A stretch of 64,000 nucleotides of DNA from Balanoglossus misakiensis (Eukaryota > Animalia > Hemichordata): contig CM082583.2 of NCBI GenBank assembly GCA_040954595.2, positions 9,747,656 to 9,811,655 on the forward strand, read 5' to 3'. Under the pieces are notes generated by a model. That model was not told the DNA's origin and did not search any database. It was given only the letters and a program-made list of their open reading frames with translations. A program made the translations under genes and the position numbers. This document shows, piece by piece, positions 46,536-60,700 of this stretch; positions within the stretch are counted from its first letter, which is position 1, and every line of letters starts with the position of its first letter.

Positions 46536-47599
46536 TGAAGGTCTTTGGGGACAATATTGAATTCATTCAGGAAAAAAAAACTTCAGATATACTAAGGCAA
46601 GAAAATGTAATAAATAAAGAGAACCTAAAGTAAAGCTTTATGCATGAAATGTTATGCATGACCCTCTCCCGACACTCGTAATAAAAAAAGTGACTCTTTC
46701 CAAATGTATATCCCTGGTATGCGCCCTCAACGTCATCGTCAGTGTCGGGACTGCCAGCGTAACGTGCACGTGAAAATTTGGTGGAGAACAATATGAGGTG
46801 AAGATACAGGCTTTTCAAACGACACCATTTTTACACGGATTAACAGGAGTTTTAATTTCAAATATTTTGGGCACAGGGACGCACTGTTTCACTGTATCAG
46901 CCAAAAAATGCAGGATATGCCAAAAGTTACTCTTACAGGTCCACGCGCGCCAAGAAGTGCACAAATGCCAGTGATAAATGCTGTAACATATGAAATTTGA
47001 CCTTCAAAACCATTCAAATTTGATGTGGAATTTCTCGATAATCTGTGTTCCACGTAACTAAAACAATTTTTGGTGCTGCCACACGTGACAATGTTTACAT
47101 GTGTGGGGCGATGTCGTCACGTGTCGCGTGGGTCAATGAAGCTACGTTTTCATTGGTTAGTTGTAAATCATGTGATACCCTCCTCGTAGTATTTCACACG
47201 GCGCTGTTGTTATTGTATGTTTAGGTGCGTAAAGGCGGAACTACAGTAGGTCACTCAATTTAACCATTTTTTGTATGAAATTTGTAATGATTTCAGGTTT
47301 GTTGCATGCCGCATATAAATGTGATAATGAGAGATTCATTTGGGTTCGAAAATATCTCTACATATCGTTGTAAACGGTTCTGTTCATGGTGAAATTTCAA
47401 ATTAATTACATTCAATGGAGTGGCTGTGATGACATTTTTAATGATCACATCCTGTTGAAAATATTTTTTTCTTCTTCAGTAGGTGTGTATTATTGGTACG
47501 GAAACGAAATATGGTGATTTATTTTAACATTTGATTCAGAAATCAGTTTTATTTTGATTATTTATGTACTCCCGGCTTGTAGATTTACATAATGAGCAT

Positions 47600-47785
47600 G
47601 TGACGCAGCAAGCTGACGTACATATATCAATAGAGGAGTAAACCATCCGCATATCCGTACCGCGAATATCAATACCGGCGATCCGGCAACTTGCAACTAT
47701 AGTTACGAAGCTGGATGAGGTTAAACTGGCCCTGAAATTTAAGAGGGACGTAAGAATAACATACAACAATCGTTCCACGCAGAAG
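47600..47785 (+). other. Probable non-coding first exon of ACSBG (5' end approximate)
   Basis: CpG-rich segment ending in a strong donor GAAG|gtgagt at 47785/47786. The next good acceptor before the ACSBG ATG is at 54633. Confidence 0.5.
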
Positions 47786-50700
47786 GTGAGTTTGGAAATT
47801 TGTAGTTATCCTTTTATCATATATGTCATCATTTGCGTGTTTGATGTTGCTACACCTACAGACCCTCTAAGCTAGCTCTGCGTGGCAGGGCTGTGTTGTT
47901 ACGTAACAACACGCAGAGCTACCAACCGTGCTCTAAGCTAGCTCCTCGTGTTCTGGTTTTGCCGTCCGGCTCGCGATACTAGGCCAACATCGATCGTTAC
48001 AGTACTGCAGCAACCAGTCATTCACCGTCTGGATGAAATCACTCATCCAGACCAGATCAGGAATATTTTCCCGTAGTGCTGTAATTATCCTCATAGAAGG
48101 CGTATTTTTCATTAAATTTTTCCAACACCCGACTTCCCACCGAATAGTCGTTACGATTATAAATACAATGTATCACGCCACGTGCTCATGTTTCAGTCGT
48201 ACGATGAATCGGATGACTGGGTGAACCCTTTGCCCTCATATCCTCATGATCATGCCTGTGAAGCTTGCTGAAAGTTCGTTCACCCCGAAATCGACCAATG
48301 CGATGAAGTCTCCATCATCAGCATCTCGGTAGACGTTTATCACATGCATGCATTCTCTTGCTCATGTTGCTCAGCAAACTTAATGACGATTCGATGTGTA
48401 AATCTTCCAGCCACAAGAGGAATCTTTTTTTTTTTTTAATAACAATACCACTACCGAATGTCATTGACCCCTTTTTTTCTGTCCATCTGCTCACTAAAAA
48501 TTAGCATCTGCATTCTAGTTGAAGGGATGTATCAATACACGTACCGCCATTATTTCGAATTCAAATATTTTTATCGCGGTCAGTAACCTTTGCCGTAGTG
48601 GAGGATGATCCTAGCCCACAGTATACCAGAAAGATGCAGTCCTACAGAATACCATTTCTATGGATCCGCACTCACTATTGTAAGAGCATAGGCCCACATC
48701 TGTTGACTTGAGCATTTCTATAGATAAATGATAGGCATGTTATTTAAACACAGACATATTGAAAACATGATTTTATTCATTGATATTCAGACCTCAGATT
48801 TAAAATATTTAATACTTCAATAGTGCTGCATCAAAGTGTTCTGCCCTTTATACAAGTAATAGTCTGTCTATATGACAGTATGCCCTCATTTGGCCAATAT
48901 TAAATTTACCCCAACCTCCTTGAGACTGTGCTTATCTCTAGACTATTATTGCCAGGTGTTGCCTGCTGTTATCGATAATATTCATGTTGAAACAATGGCC
49001 GTGTTTTGACGTGCAGTAAATGTCTCAAGAGTCGAAAGAGGAAAGTCCAGAGTGGACAACCTGAGAATGGACCATGCACCCAGCCACAGTTCTATTGCCT
49101 CTAACACTGTAGAGGTTATTGTATGTAAATTTTGATGAAGAAAAATTGGCAGGTTGTCAGCAGGCCAGTGTTAAAAACTTAACATAATGTGGCAAAAACA
49201 TGTCGGTATGGTCAAGGGTGACTGGTATTACAGCATTGTCTCGGTAGGTATAAAAATCATCAACTTTCATCCACATTTCTTGTTTGGAGAAGTTTCCATG
49301 ACCGTATTCATGACCTCGATTGTATGTATATATGTATACATGTGTGCCAGCAGGGATTGAACACATGATGTACGTGGCATGCTGGACAATGCACAATCTT
49401 AGGAATATATTATACACAATGCTGTTTACCACTTGATCACATCCAGTGCACAATGAGAAGATTTTCCCCACTAGAGTTTGTTTACAAAGTCGTATTCAAG
49501 ATCTTCATATTTTTGTATCCTGAGCTGGGATTGATGCCATAAGTTTAAATGCCATGAAAGAGTTCAGTGCCCATATTATTATGACATATGCACATTCTAT
49601 TACATCTGTATATAGAATCATTAGTTATATTTCATTAGTTGCTCTTCCACAGACATTTTATGGAAATTAGTCAAACGTTTTATGCAGCATGTGTCGGCGT
49701 CTGGTTTCTTCCTGTCCGATAGATGTGGATCTTGTTGCATAAAACCAACAACAGACTGAGCGAGGATATGTTTTGCATTCCTGATTCATGGTGTAGAGTG
49801 TATCAACTCTGGTATTTGCAATTCCACTTTCATGCATGTCTGATCGAAACTCAGTGAAGAAATACAGTCAGACCTGTTTAGTGCCACACAGGAGATGCAT
49901 GCCCTGAATTAAAGCCATGGGGATATACATGATTAGTACACTCGTGACTTCTAAAAATATCGCTGTCTTGTGAATATTTTTATCATGTTTATCTGATGTT
50001 GCCAGCAGACAAACAGCTGTCACATAGACCACTCTATGCGGCATATTACCCAATGAATATTAAAAAATATCAGGGGTACTTTTATCAGATATGCCCTCAC
50101 CATCAGAACAGGGCTGACATATTACTGTTACCTGCCAGCTATAGAGTGTAACTTCCTTGAGCCAACTGCAGCTGTAGTAAATCTCTCATTACCTGCTTGG
50201 GCAGTCAGCTCGCACATAACTTTGTAATGCAGACACAACACATTTTGAGAGGAAATGCAGATACAAACCCTCACATGAACAGTGAGAAGTAGTATCACAG
50301 ACGGGGTATGGACCTACAGGGAGTCTTTCAGTTTTGGTTTCATATCACCAGCATTAAATGCTTGATTTCCTTATTTCACACATTCCATACTATTAAATTG
50401 TACTTCCTACGAAGCAAACACAGTTCAATCAGTGTTTTTGGCAACAACAATGACGATGATGACCATCATCATCATCATGTGTTGTGACAACCAGTGATAA
50501 AAATACTTCTGATTCTTATTTATTGATTGAATCGCTGAAAGTGACACAGGCAATGCAATTAAATAAGCTTACTTGGGTTTTTAGCCAATCCCTTTTGGTC
50601 AGTTTTTTAATGCTGGTCCACTGCTATAAATAGGTGTATAACATAATTAAAAACCGGTGGAAAGAAACTCGAGTGATATAGCTATCATTGATATTGAAAG

Positions 50701-51212
50701 AGATATACTTGTTTGCACTTGATTGTAATGTAGTACTAGTACATGTTATGTAAAATCAGATACACACTATTTGCAACTTGATGGCAACTTCAAAGAATAT
50801 ATTTTTGTCATGTTTTCCTGGTAAATGTTTGCCAGCATTGTTATATTGCATTTTTTTATTGGTATGCCGGAATACTTGTTATGCTTCAGTGATTTCGTTG
50901 GAACCATTTGCTTTTACTCTGGGATGATTGGTGTCAAATGGGGATGACAAGGTTAAGAATGGAGATTGACCATGAGTTTCTGTCTGTGTGTGCTCTCTGT
51001 CTTTCAACCAATCTCCCCAGGGTCAGGTCTAGATCAATCCTTTCATAAAATCAAATTTCCAGACCTGTTATTCACAATCACATTATCTTGTACAAGTTCA
51101 GAGAAAGTAGTCAGAAACGTCTTCAAATATACAGTACAAGATTTTCATTAAATGGAATGATTCTATTTGTACACATGTTCTTTCACCTTTTGAACTTTGC
51201 CTCCTCACCTGA

Positions 51213-51249
51213 TTTTTTTTTTTTTTTTTTTTGAGGGGGGGGGGGGGGG
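51213..51249. repeat. T20-GA-G15 compound homopolymer
   Basis: Read directly from the sequence. Confidence 0.9.
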
Positions 51250-54200
51250 TCAGGATTTTGACCTCAAATCAGTCTAAAGGTCAGGCAGGAAGTTGTGATA
51301 CATGTAATATTGGTTTGTTCTTCTTTCAGTCACGAAGTTTAGTTGAAATGTTAGGCTGAGATGAAGCTGGTTTTGGCACTGAAGTTCTGCAGTTTTTATT
51401 CGATTTTAAGTGTTTCTGAGATTTGACTATGTTTAATAGTTATGTTTTCCACAAGGACATCACAGATTGTGAAGGGGCAGTGTGTGTGTGCAGAATGGGC
51501 ATGTATTAAACACCCCTATGGGAGAGTGGTTTCTTCCCCAGGTTGAGTGATCTGACTCTGACCATTGCAGTGGACAGATCGGTTCTTTTTGTCAGAGGTG
51601 ATACCAGGAGTGCTGGGGTGGCACTGTGTTATGACATACACTGTCCTCGGGTGGCCATAGTTGGAAATCACATTACAAGTCGAAGGAGGTGAAGTAATCA
51701 ATATATTATTGAATATTATAAATGTCACTTGTCAACACTTTGGTAAAAATCTCTACTGGGATGGCCGGTATCTTTAATCATTAATGCACTGATGCAGTGA
51801 AGCTATACATGTTGTAGCTCGGATGATGTTTGGGTATTGCGAATTCAATCTCTTCTGTTAAAATTGCCTTTTCAAAATTATTAAGACTGGAACATGTAAG
51901 GGCAGATCATGATCTTTTTCTGGCTAATTCAGCAGGATCACTGAACATATGCAGAAAACATGTCAGTTGTGGTTTCATATTGAGAATGCTGTTTTCCCAT
52001 GTGTTCGGGACTTGTCTACATTTCATACAATGCATTAATTCATCCTTTTTTGTTTTTTGTTGTGGACTGCTCATTTATCGGTTTCCAGTTTTCATATTTT
52101 GGATACTGAATTAATGCAGGAAAACATGCCAGGATCATATATTTTCCGAAAATACATTATAACAGCTAGTTATCAGTACCAATGCAGTGTAGGGACCCAT
52201 TTCATACTGGGAGAAATTTTTCCAGACATAAACTATAAATTTTTCCAGACACGAATAGCTGATCAGCTGCATTTAAAGTGATAAATTTAAAGCAGACTAA
52301 AGGTACTGCGTGCAGATGAGATGAACATCGCAGACACAATATTTGATCGATTGCCAAGATGACTGTCTGTCTGCACAAGATATACATAATACATGTAAAG
52401 TGTATGTGTATATGAAGATTTTTTCGTAGACATCAAATTGATCGTTTTATACTTATACCCATTTCCATACACCACTTTAGCCTTCTCTTCCCTTGTTTTT
52501 CATTTTATGTTATCTTTAGCCAAGATAATTTCACTAATTGATGAGCGATGTACATGTAATGTACTACATTTATAGAATGTGCAATTTCCATAACAATTGT
52601 GAGGAGAATGTGTTTTAATAATCCCAACTTTAGTAAAAATGACTGGAGTACCCCAGTAATTTTTACCTGGGTACTACTACTACCAAACCTTTACACAAAA
52701 CACTGATAGGCCTGCAGCTTGCAATCAGTACACAAGCGATGTTGTATAACACCCAACAGTTCGTTGAACTGTGTTAGGTTTCTGTTGGCATGTTCATTAA
52801 AATGGTATTGACGTCAGGCGTCATTTGTGTTGTTGCATTTTATGCTTTGTTTTCAGAGGGGGGAATGTGTTAGGATTTTTTTTTAGCCAGGAACGTACAT
52901 GTACGGTATTTTATCAGCTATGGGATATTGGCTGTAATTTGTCAGACAGTATAATATTATGTACATAGAACGTGCGGGTCTCGTGTGTCTTGGGTATTAC
53001 CCATAACAATGAATACCTGAGACACATCATTGTGACCACCATATGACTCCCTTGAGAGTATATAACAAATGGAAGGGTTTGTTATGATGGTTAATTGGTC
53101 AGACTTTTGTTACTGTAGCTATATATCTCTCTCATTCTTATTATGTGTGCATTTTCCCCTAAAGATGTGCATTTAACTGGATCATCTAAACAGCGTAATA
53201 CAGTGCACCTAAAATAAAATGTGATGAAATTCCATGTATTTTTGTCATAAATAATCTTTTTATATACAACAGGAAGGGATTAATGGAAAAACAGAATATG
53301 AATTTATATAAGATAATTGAATGCCGGAACTTAAAAGGCATCAGCCATCATTCATATTTTTAAAGCTTTGTTTACTTCACCATTCTATGTTTATCCAGTA
53401 ATGTGCACTCTTCAGTCAGCATTGTTGTTGCTTTATTTAGAAAAACATGCACATTTTATTAATGTCTTTTAAACCAAGTGAATTGTGGTACAGTTCCGTA
53501 AAGCCATGATGGATGTACTTGTATGTCCATGGTAATAATCTTATAAATATGGTTGAATTTATGATTGATTGTACAATGTACAGCCAGCTTGGCAGGTACG
53601 AAGCAATAAAAAAGTGAGTTTTACTGATATGCAGACTAAAGTCTGAAGGAAGTGACACGTCAGCCATCAATTTAAAGAATATTGTTCCGGATTATTTTGT
53701 CTGAAGGTCAAACAGGTATACCCTGTACCCAGATTAAGTTGCATGTACCAGTATAAACATGTGGGTATTTTGCATACTACATGTACGCACTAACAGTTAG
53801 CATGTATGGTGGGCGCAGGGGCCCATGATAATGAGTAAGGGTGAACATAACATTTTCACTGCCATTTAATTACCCAGCAAAGAGTTTGTTCATATGGAAA
53901 TTAGAGGTCGAAGTATATGTATGTCAATTTCATTGAGAAATGCATTTCATCTGCATACCAATGGATTCTGTTGTCTTTCATTTCCTGTTACATCATTTGA
54001 TTTGTAGTAAGTACATGCGAGTACTAGTATGGCCAGAGTTTCCGAGTTGAGCAGGGATGTGTGATGCATACAAGGCTGTGCATGTATTTGAATTACTCTC
54101 TATTGTTACATGGTGGATCAATATTACAGCAGGGTGCCTGGACATTTGATCGCATACCATTCTCTAGAACTAATTGTTATCAGCCAGCTGATAACTACCT

Positions 54201-54710
54201 GGGAACAATACCGTTGGCTTTTGTTTACATCTGAAAGTGCTTGCATTTTGCTTGGGGGTATACCCGCTTGGTAAGGTTATTCACGTAGCTTCGTATGCAG
54301 AAATTCTTCAGTCGGAAATAGTGAGTAGTGACATAACATTCTTGGTAGAAATTCATTGTGGTTCATGTTAATTTCTGTGCCTGATTCATTTGAGGAATGT
54401 GCCTAATGGTTGGTCCACAGGTTTTCAACTTTGAATCTTATCTACGTGATGGTGTGTTGGTGAACTGAAATTCTCTTTCTGCTGGTGCTAGTACTATAGT
54501 GATTGTGTTGTGTTTCACTTTCATTATGATGCCCATAATGTCATTGATACAACCCTTGACACGAAGAGGGCTGATAGTCGTAACAATTGTCACTTGATTT
54601 CTGATCCTAATTTAATTTTTTTTTCCATTTCAGGGAACAGGTTACTGAACAGGAGATACTGTGCACCGAGCATTACGGATAGCTGCCAATTACAGATTTA
54701 GAATATTGAA

Positions 54711-57700
54711 ATGAATGCTGATACGGACAGGGCATACAGCCCAACGGACGCCGTCAATGCGTCGACACTTTCTAACGTCTCAGTGAACGGACTAGAAGAT
54801 GTGGAATCGCCTCAATCCAGGTGGGTTCAGTCTGGAAATAATGGAGTCTCAGTGTCTGTGTTGGAACCATCAAAATGCATGCACCTGAAATTTCACTTGG
54901 AGAGAATGCTAGTTCACTTTTATTTTGGCAAAACAGAAATCAACTAATAGGCGTGTATAACATTGCTTATTGGACTTGCCAACTCAGAGGACTGCATGTC
55001 TATAATTGTCTTGTGTACATGTTGTATCTCCACAGCCCTCTGAAGACACCTGGGAAACAATTGAATGGCACAGACACGAACAGCACGCCACTGGTGAATG
55101 GATCCGCTGAGGAACCAATCAACGGCCACGATTCATCAGTGTCGCCCAGCAAAGTGTCAGTTTCAGTGGAAGCTGATTTCTCAGATGAGACGGCAAATGT
55201 TGCAGCAAAAACAGGTACTGAGTGCCAGTCGAATTAATTCACAGGGCTTTGTGTGACAGTGGTATGCGCTTGTGTGTTTTTATGCCAAAATGAGCCCTTC
55301 GGTTGCTCATGACTCGAGTCGCATTATTGCAGTGCAGCAGAGAAAGTTCTTGCCGGCTTCACTTCACCTCACGTGGACTCTATTAACCACTGAGGGTTTA
55401 ACGTTAAGTGTATTATTGCCGGCTCCGTTGAGGGCTTCTTAGAAGTTATTACAAACTTCACTCTGACAAGTGGTTGCTCGATTAGCATAATGTCACATGA
55501 CTGGTCACATTTGCATAACACTGGGGCATTATCTTCTTCATACTGTATAACTATAAAATACCAAGATGTTGACCTGGTCACCTTGTACTGACAGTTATGT
55601 GCGCAAACTCTTTACATACCGCGGGAAAGCAATGGTCACTCAAGTAGCGCACAGCGCTTGATTTCTCAGCTTTGGACACAATGCCATGTTTCAAAAGCTC
55701 GGGGAAAGTAGCAGTTTCAGCTGACGATGAGTGTCATGTGCAGGCGCGGAACTTTCAAAACACTACAGGTGATTTCAGTGCTGAGGATCAATTTACTCTT
55801 ACATAACAAACGTAGTCAATTTCAATGTAACTGTCCTGGGTTGTTTACCAGCTTGCTTACAACAGTTCCTCAAGACGCTGCCTATGCATTTGCGCTGTGT
55901 TGGAAGTGTTTATGTTACCATGGTTTAGTATTTGTATTGTTGAAATAAGCAAACACTCGCCACATTTGTAGTGTGTTTGATTTGATTCCGCATCTGTGAC
56001 AGCGAGTAATCAGACATGGCAGATGGTTTGTAGTGCAGGAAGTTCGATGTGTAAATTCTTTGCTTAGCAACAAAACCGTCCATAAACCAAAACAAAGTTA
56101 CCACTGAAGGGGAAAAGTTGATATTTTTCAGTAAGATTTACCCAAATATCATCGTTATCGGATAATTAATCAATTTGTTTCCTCATAACCATACAGAGAC
56201 TTTCTACACAATTAAACCCGATGGTGCTGTTAAATTACGCATGGAAGACTCCGGTCCTCGTTCGGAACCGGCCATCACAGTCCACGATTTCTTGATGCGA
56301 GGTGTGCACGAGCTGCCGGACCACAAAGCGCTCTCCACTAAGATAAACGATGAGTGGGTCTCGTGGACCTGGAGAGAGTATTACAACGAGGTTCGAAAAG
56401 CAGCAAAGTCATTTATAAAGGTATTGTTTTGTTTCTTTCGATCACCCCCCAACCCCACTCTGGTGTCAGGAGTTGTAACTTCAGAATCTCCAAGGTTCCT
56501 TTTTTGAGGATTCTCTGTCAAGGATACAGCGACACAAGGGTTGACAATGGAAGTTTTAGTTGCTGTTGTTTGTGCTCACAAACTCTCGAGGTCATTTTAG
56601 TGTCTGCTTAGTCTGAAAAAATAAATGGTAGCAGCGTTGTCTTTGTATACATTGTCCACTGAGAAACCTAGCTGTAGTCAAATAAAGGGCCTGTGTTGCC
56701 AGATTTGCATATCCCATGATGTATTGATTGTGTGTAGCCTTTACAAATATAACAATTTATTTTTTCCTCTTTTCAGCTCGGGTTAGAGAGATTCCATGGA
56801 GTCGGTATCATTGGGTTTAATTCACCCGAGTGGTTCTTTGCTGATCTTGGTGCCATCTTTGCTGGGTAAGTTCTGAGGCAGTGAGAGAGAATGCAACCAT
56901 ATATCATTGTTGGTGCATTGACTACATGAAGTTCAACCATGTGTACATGCCAAATTGTCCACTGACTGAACGGTGCAGTCAGTAATGGCAAATATTTATT
57001 TACTTTTGGTGACTGTTTTGGTCTGTGCAACAGCCAGTTTCTTACTCTTAGTGGTATTTGGCAAACTTAGGATGAAGATCTGTTCAAGCCAAACGTTTTA
57101 TTTTTGTGTGTGTGTCTGAGATGCAGCAGGGATCAGATGATGTTTTTTCTTGCAATCTGTCATTGATAAAACCTGACACGCATTGCTTAGCAAGTGGAAT
57201 ATTTATGACCAGCTTGTTTGATGTAGGACGGTGTGGATATGCCACTTCAAACCATGTGTGATTGTTCAGAGGACACTTGATAACGTAAAACAAGATCAAT
57301 AACTATATCCGTTCAATAATTCTGGCGCATTACCAAGGCTCCCATGCACCCAGTACTTGGCCATAAATTCCAAAGATTTGTGATTATCATGCCACCTGTG
57401 AGTGCTGGCAACATGGGTGTATTAGTCTCATTGAACAAGGTCCAGAGTGGAGGAGATAGCGATTGGTTCTGGGCGTGCTTCCAACTGTGCATGGACCAGT
57501 TTTATTCAAATGTGGCATACTTACAACAAAGCAGTATAGCTAATAAATGCTGAAATTTGTTCCACTTGCATCTGTATTGAATTGCATATATTACTCATTT
57601 TCAAGGGGGAAAAATTGCATATTTCTCGTGGCAAAAATTGTAAATTTGAAAGACCAGGATGTTAGGTCGCGAATGGGTCAACAACGTGGTGTATTGGGTG

Positions 57701-60700
57701 AACTTTGAAATTGTTAATTACCCTGCAAATTAGGTTAAGGTGATATATACATAAATTACTGAAATGTTTTATTTGCCTAAGCAGGTGAGGTAGTCAATGA
57801 TTAATAAGAAGAGGCAATAAACGCCTCTTCAGATTGCTAAATGCCTGGTGATTAAGCTGCTGTCCATATTTTCATCACAGTCTGTCTTTTTTATCAGTCA
57901 GGTCGCATAACCCTTTTTCTTATCACGCGAGTTCTAGTTTTGCCCATGCTTGAACTTTTAACAGCCTGCAATGCCCAAACCTGTGCTTTCTCTTGATGTT
58001 ATAATTTTGTTAGTAAATGAGCAAATTACTTAATTAGGTTTGAAAAAAATAGAACATACTATCCCGCCCCTGTTTTTGAGGGATTTTACATACATACACT
58101 GCGCAGATCAGAACTCAACTTCTAACTGGGTCAGCTTGAAATTTTCAACTTGATGTTGTGATGTGGCTGATATCAGTAGAAAACTGTAATAATTTTTTCG
58201 TTTGTCTTTTTTAGTGGGTTTGCCACTGGTATCTACACGACCAACTCGCCCGAAGCATGCCAGTATGTGGCGGACGACTGCCAGGCTAACATCATCATTG
58301 TGGAGAACACAGCCCAGCTGAAGAAGATCCTGAAGGTGTGGGACCAGTTGCCGCACCTCAAAGCTGTGGTGCAATACTCGGGAGAGCTTGAAGAGCAGAG
58401 AGAGAATCTATACGATGTAAGTTTGTGGTTCGTCCGCTTTTGTTCAGGGGTGATGATCGTGACTGGGTGTCACGCACAGTTTCTGACAAATATGGGAGGT
58501 GCCAGGAAGTGCACAGATCATGTTAACATAACTGAGGGAAACAAAATTTGATTGGTTGCTGCTGTTGTTGCAATGTTTACATGTACTCGGTGATGATGTT
58601 TGCCTTTATTTCTCACTTTGTCAGTGGTCACAGTTCATTCAACTCGGCAGTGACCTGCCAGACCGTGTCCTGGACGAGAGAATCAAGAATCTGCAACCAA
58701 ATCAATGCTGCACGTTGATCTATACGTCGGGGACCACGGGAAACCCAAAGGGTGTCATGTTGAGTCACGACAATGTAAGTTTTGAGGGTTTTCTCTGTGT
58801 AAACCCTACAGTAGCCGAGTCTTTTCTGTTTTCATTGTGGTGGATCTATGGCTTGCATCCATAGAGACTGAAGATTATAGAAACTGCTCACTACACTTTC
58901 ATGGCTGCAAGACAATGTGATAGCTTTGAGTATTAAATGCATTCTATTGTGATATGTGATTTTGCAGATGATATGGACAGCAAAGATGTGCGTGAATGCG
59001 GCCAAACTGAAACATGGTCAAGATTCCATCGTCAGTTTCTTACCACTCAGTCACGTAGCTGCTCAGTTGTTTGACATCTATATTCCAATGACCTGCGTGG
59101 GAACCACCTACTTTGCCAAGCCAGATGCTCTCAAGGTTAGTGTCAGTATGGGGTAGTTAATAATGGTTGGTTGTGGTTAGCAGTTGTTGGCTCTGTGTGC
59201 TATTTGACACAAGTGTTTCCAGCTATGGGAAGAGACAAATTCAATAGTGTGTGTACGCAGCCCCAGAAGTTGTAATGTGGAGATGTCGTCTTCACATCTG
59301 TCCTTACTTTGAAACATGAACCATTGCTTTAATATGTATCACTGGTTTGTGTATAATGCTTAGCCCTGTCACCCCCAGTTCCCTCTTTAGATGTCCAACC
59401 TTACCACAGAAAACAATGTGCTTGGACTGAACCATGGTGGTGAATATGGGTTAAGAGCCTTTCACTAAAGACCAACTTTCCATACTCTTGTTCACACTGC
59501 AGGGTTCTTTGGTGAACACCTTGAAAGAGGTGCGACCAACGGCTTTTCTCGGTGTCCCCAGAGTCTGGGAGAAAATCTACGAGAAGATGAGAGACCTCGG
59601 ACGAAATGTCACCGGTGTTAAAAAGAGAATTGCCACCTGGGCAAAAGGGGTTGGTTATCAGGGTAACATCAAAATAATGAATGGGTAAGTTTTGCATAAA
59701 GATATGTTTAGTTACATGTACAATGCTATACAATAAAATATAATACAGTACAATACAATACAATGCAATACAACATACAATGCAATACAATACAGTACAA
59801 TACCATTTAAATAATCATTAGTCATATACAGCCATCCAGTATTAATCTTTTCTCTTCTGTGTCTGTAAAAATATTCATGGATTATTGTGCACAGTGGTAG
59901 AAGCACACTCTCTGTATCATCACCTGATAAATCCACTATTTGTGCACTAACTCGCATAATAAGTCATTTCTCGCCATCTTACATTTTCCCATTCTTATTC
60001 ACTGCTTACCCTTGTACCATTGATTGTTTAATAGTCTGTACAAGAAGAGCTTTCCAAAAAGGTGAGACAGGCCTAAGAATTCAAATTTGGTCGTCAGACA
60101 AAAAAGCATGTTCGGTAATACTGCTGGTGTCAGTTGTATGTGCAATTCTCACATTTCAGTGAATATTTCATTTGCATTTTTTTTTGGTTGGCCTGTTTCA
60201 GTTGCATTTTGACTTCCTTTCAGGGTCGTGTTGTGGTCTTGACTGGTCGTGTTGTGGTCTCATTCCAGGGCAAAAATTTCTCAATATATGCGCAGTGGAT
60301 GTGTTTTGATCAGTTTTCATTGTACCCACACTTTTGCTTTATTTCGTATGCTTGTCTTTTACATGTACTTGCTCCTAAGCCATGAACAGTTAATTGTATG
60401 CAATTTCTTATCCACCATGTGACAACTTGGCAAGATGTAATTGGTCCATTTTCTTGCCATCTGTTTACTTCACAGACAGTCAACACCATGGGGATGGACG
60501 TTGGCCAATTTTCTAATGTTCAAAAAAGTAAGTTGCATCTTGGTTCTTGTCTGTGTTTATAAGTTATGGTCACTGAACAAGAAACGTAACCTATCCACAA
60601 ACACTTTACTTCTATTTTTTCTCTATCACTCCTTCAGGTCAGAGCCGGACTGGGTCTTGACCGCTGCACTCTTTGCTTCAGCGGTGCTGCTCCCATTTCA

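Noticed and set aside
47950-54600. Short ORFs in the long ACSBG 5' intron and in 600-8800 (nested gene?)
   Set aside because: No recognisable protein motifs and no chain of phase-compatible exons was found.
60224-60260. 21-bp-period tandem duplication (ggtcgtgttgtggtct x2); similar short duplications at ~5886-5978 and ~15970-16010
   Set aside because: Two-copy local slippage duplications; not CRISPR-like and no evidence of function.
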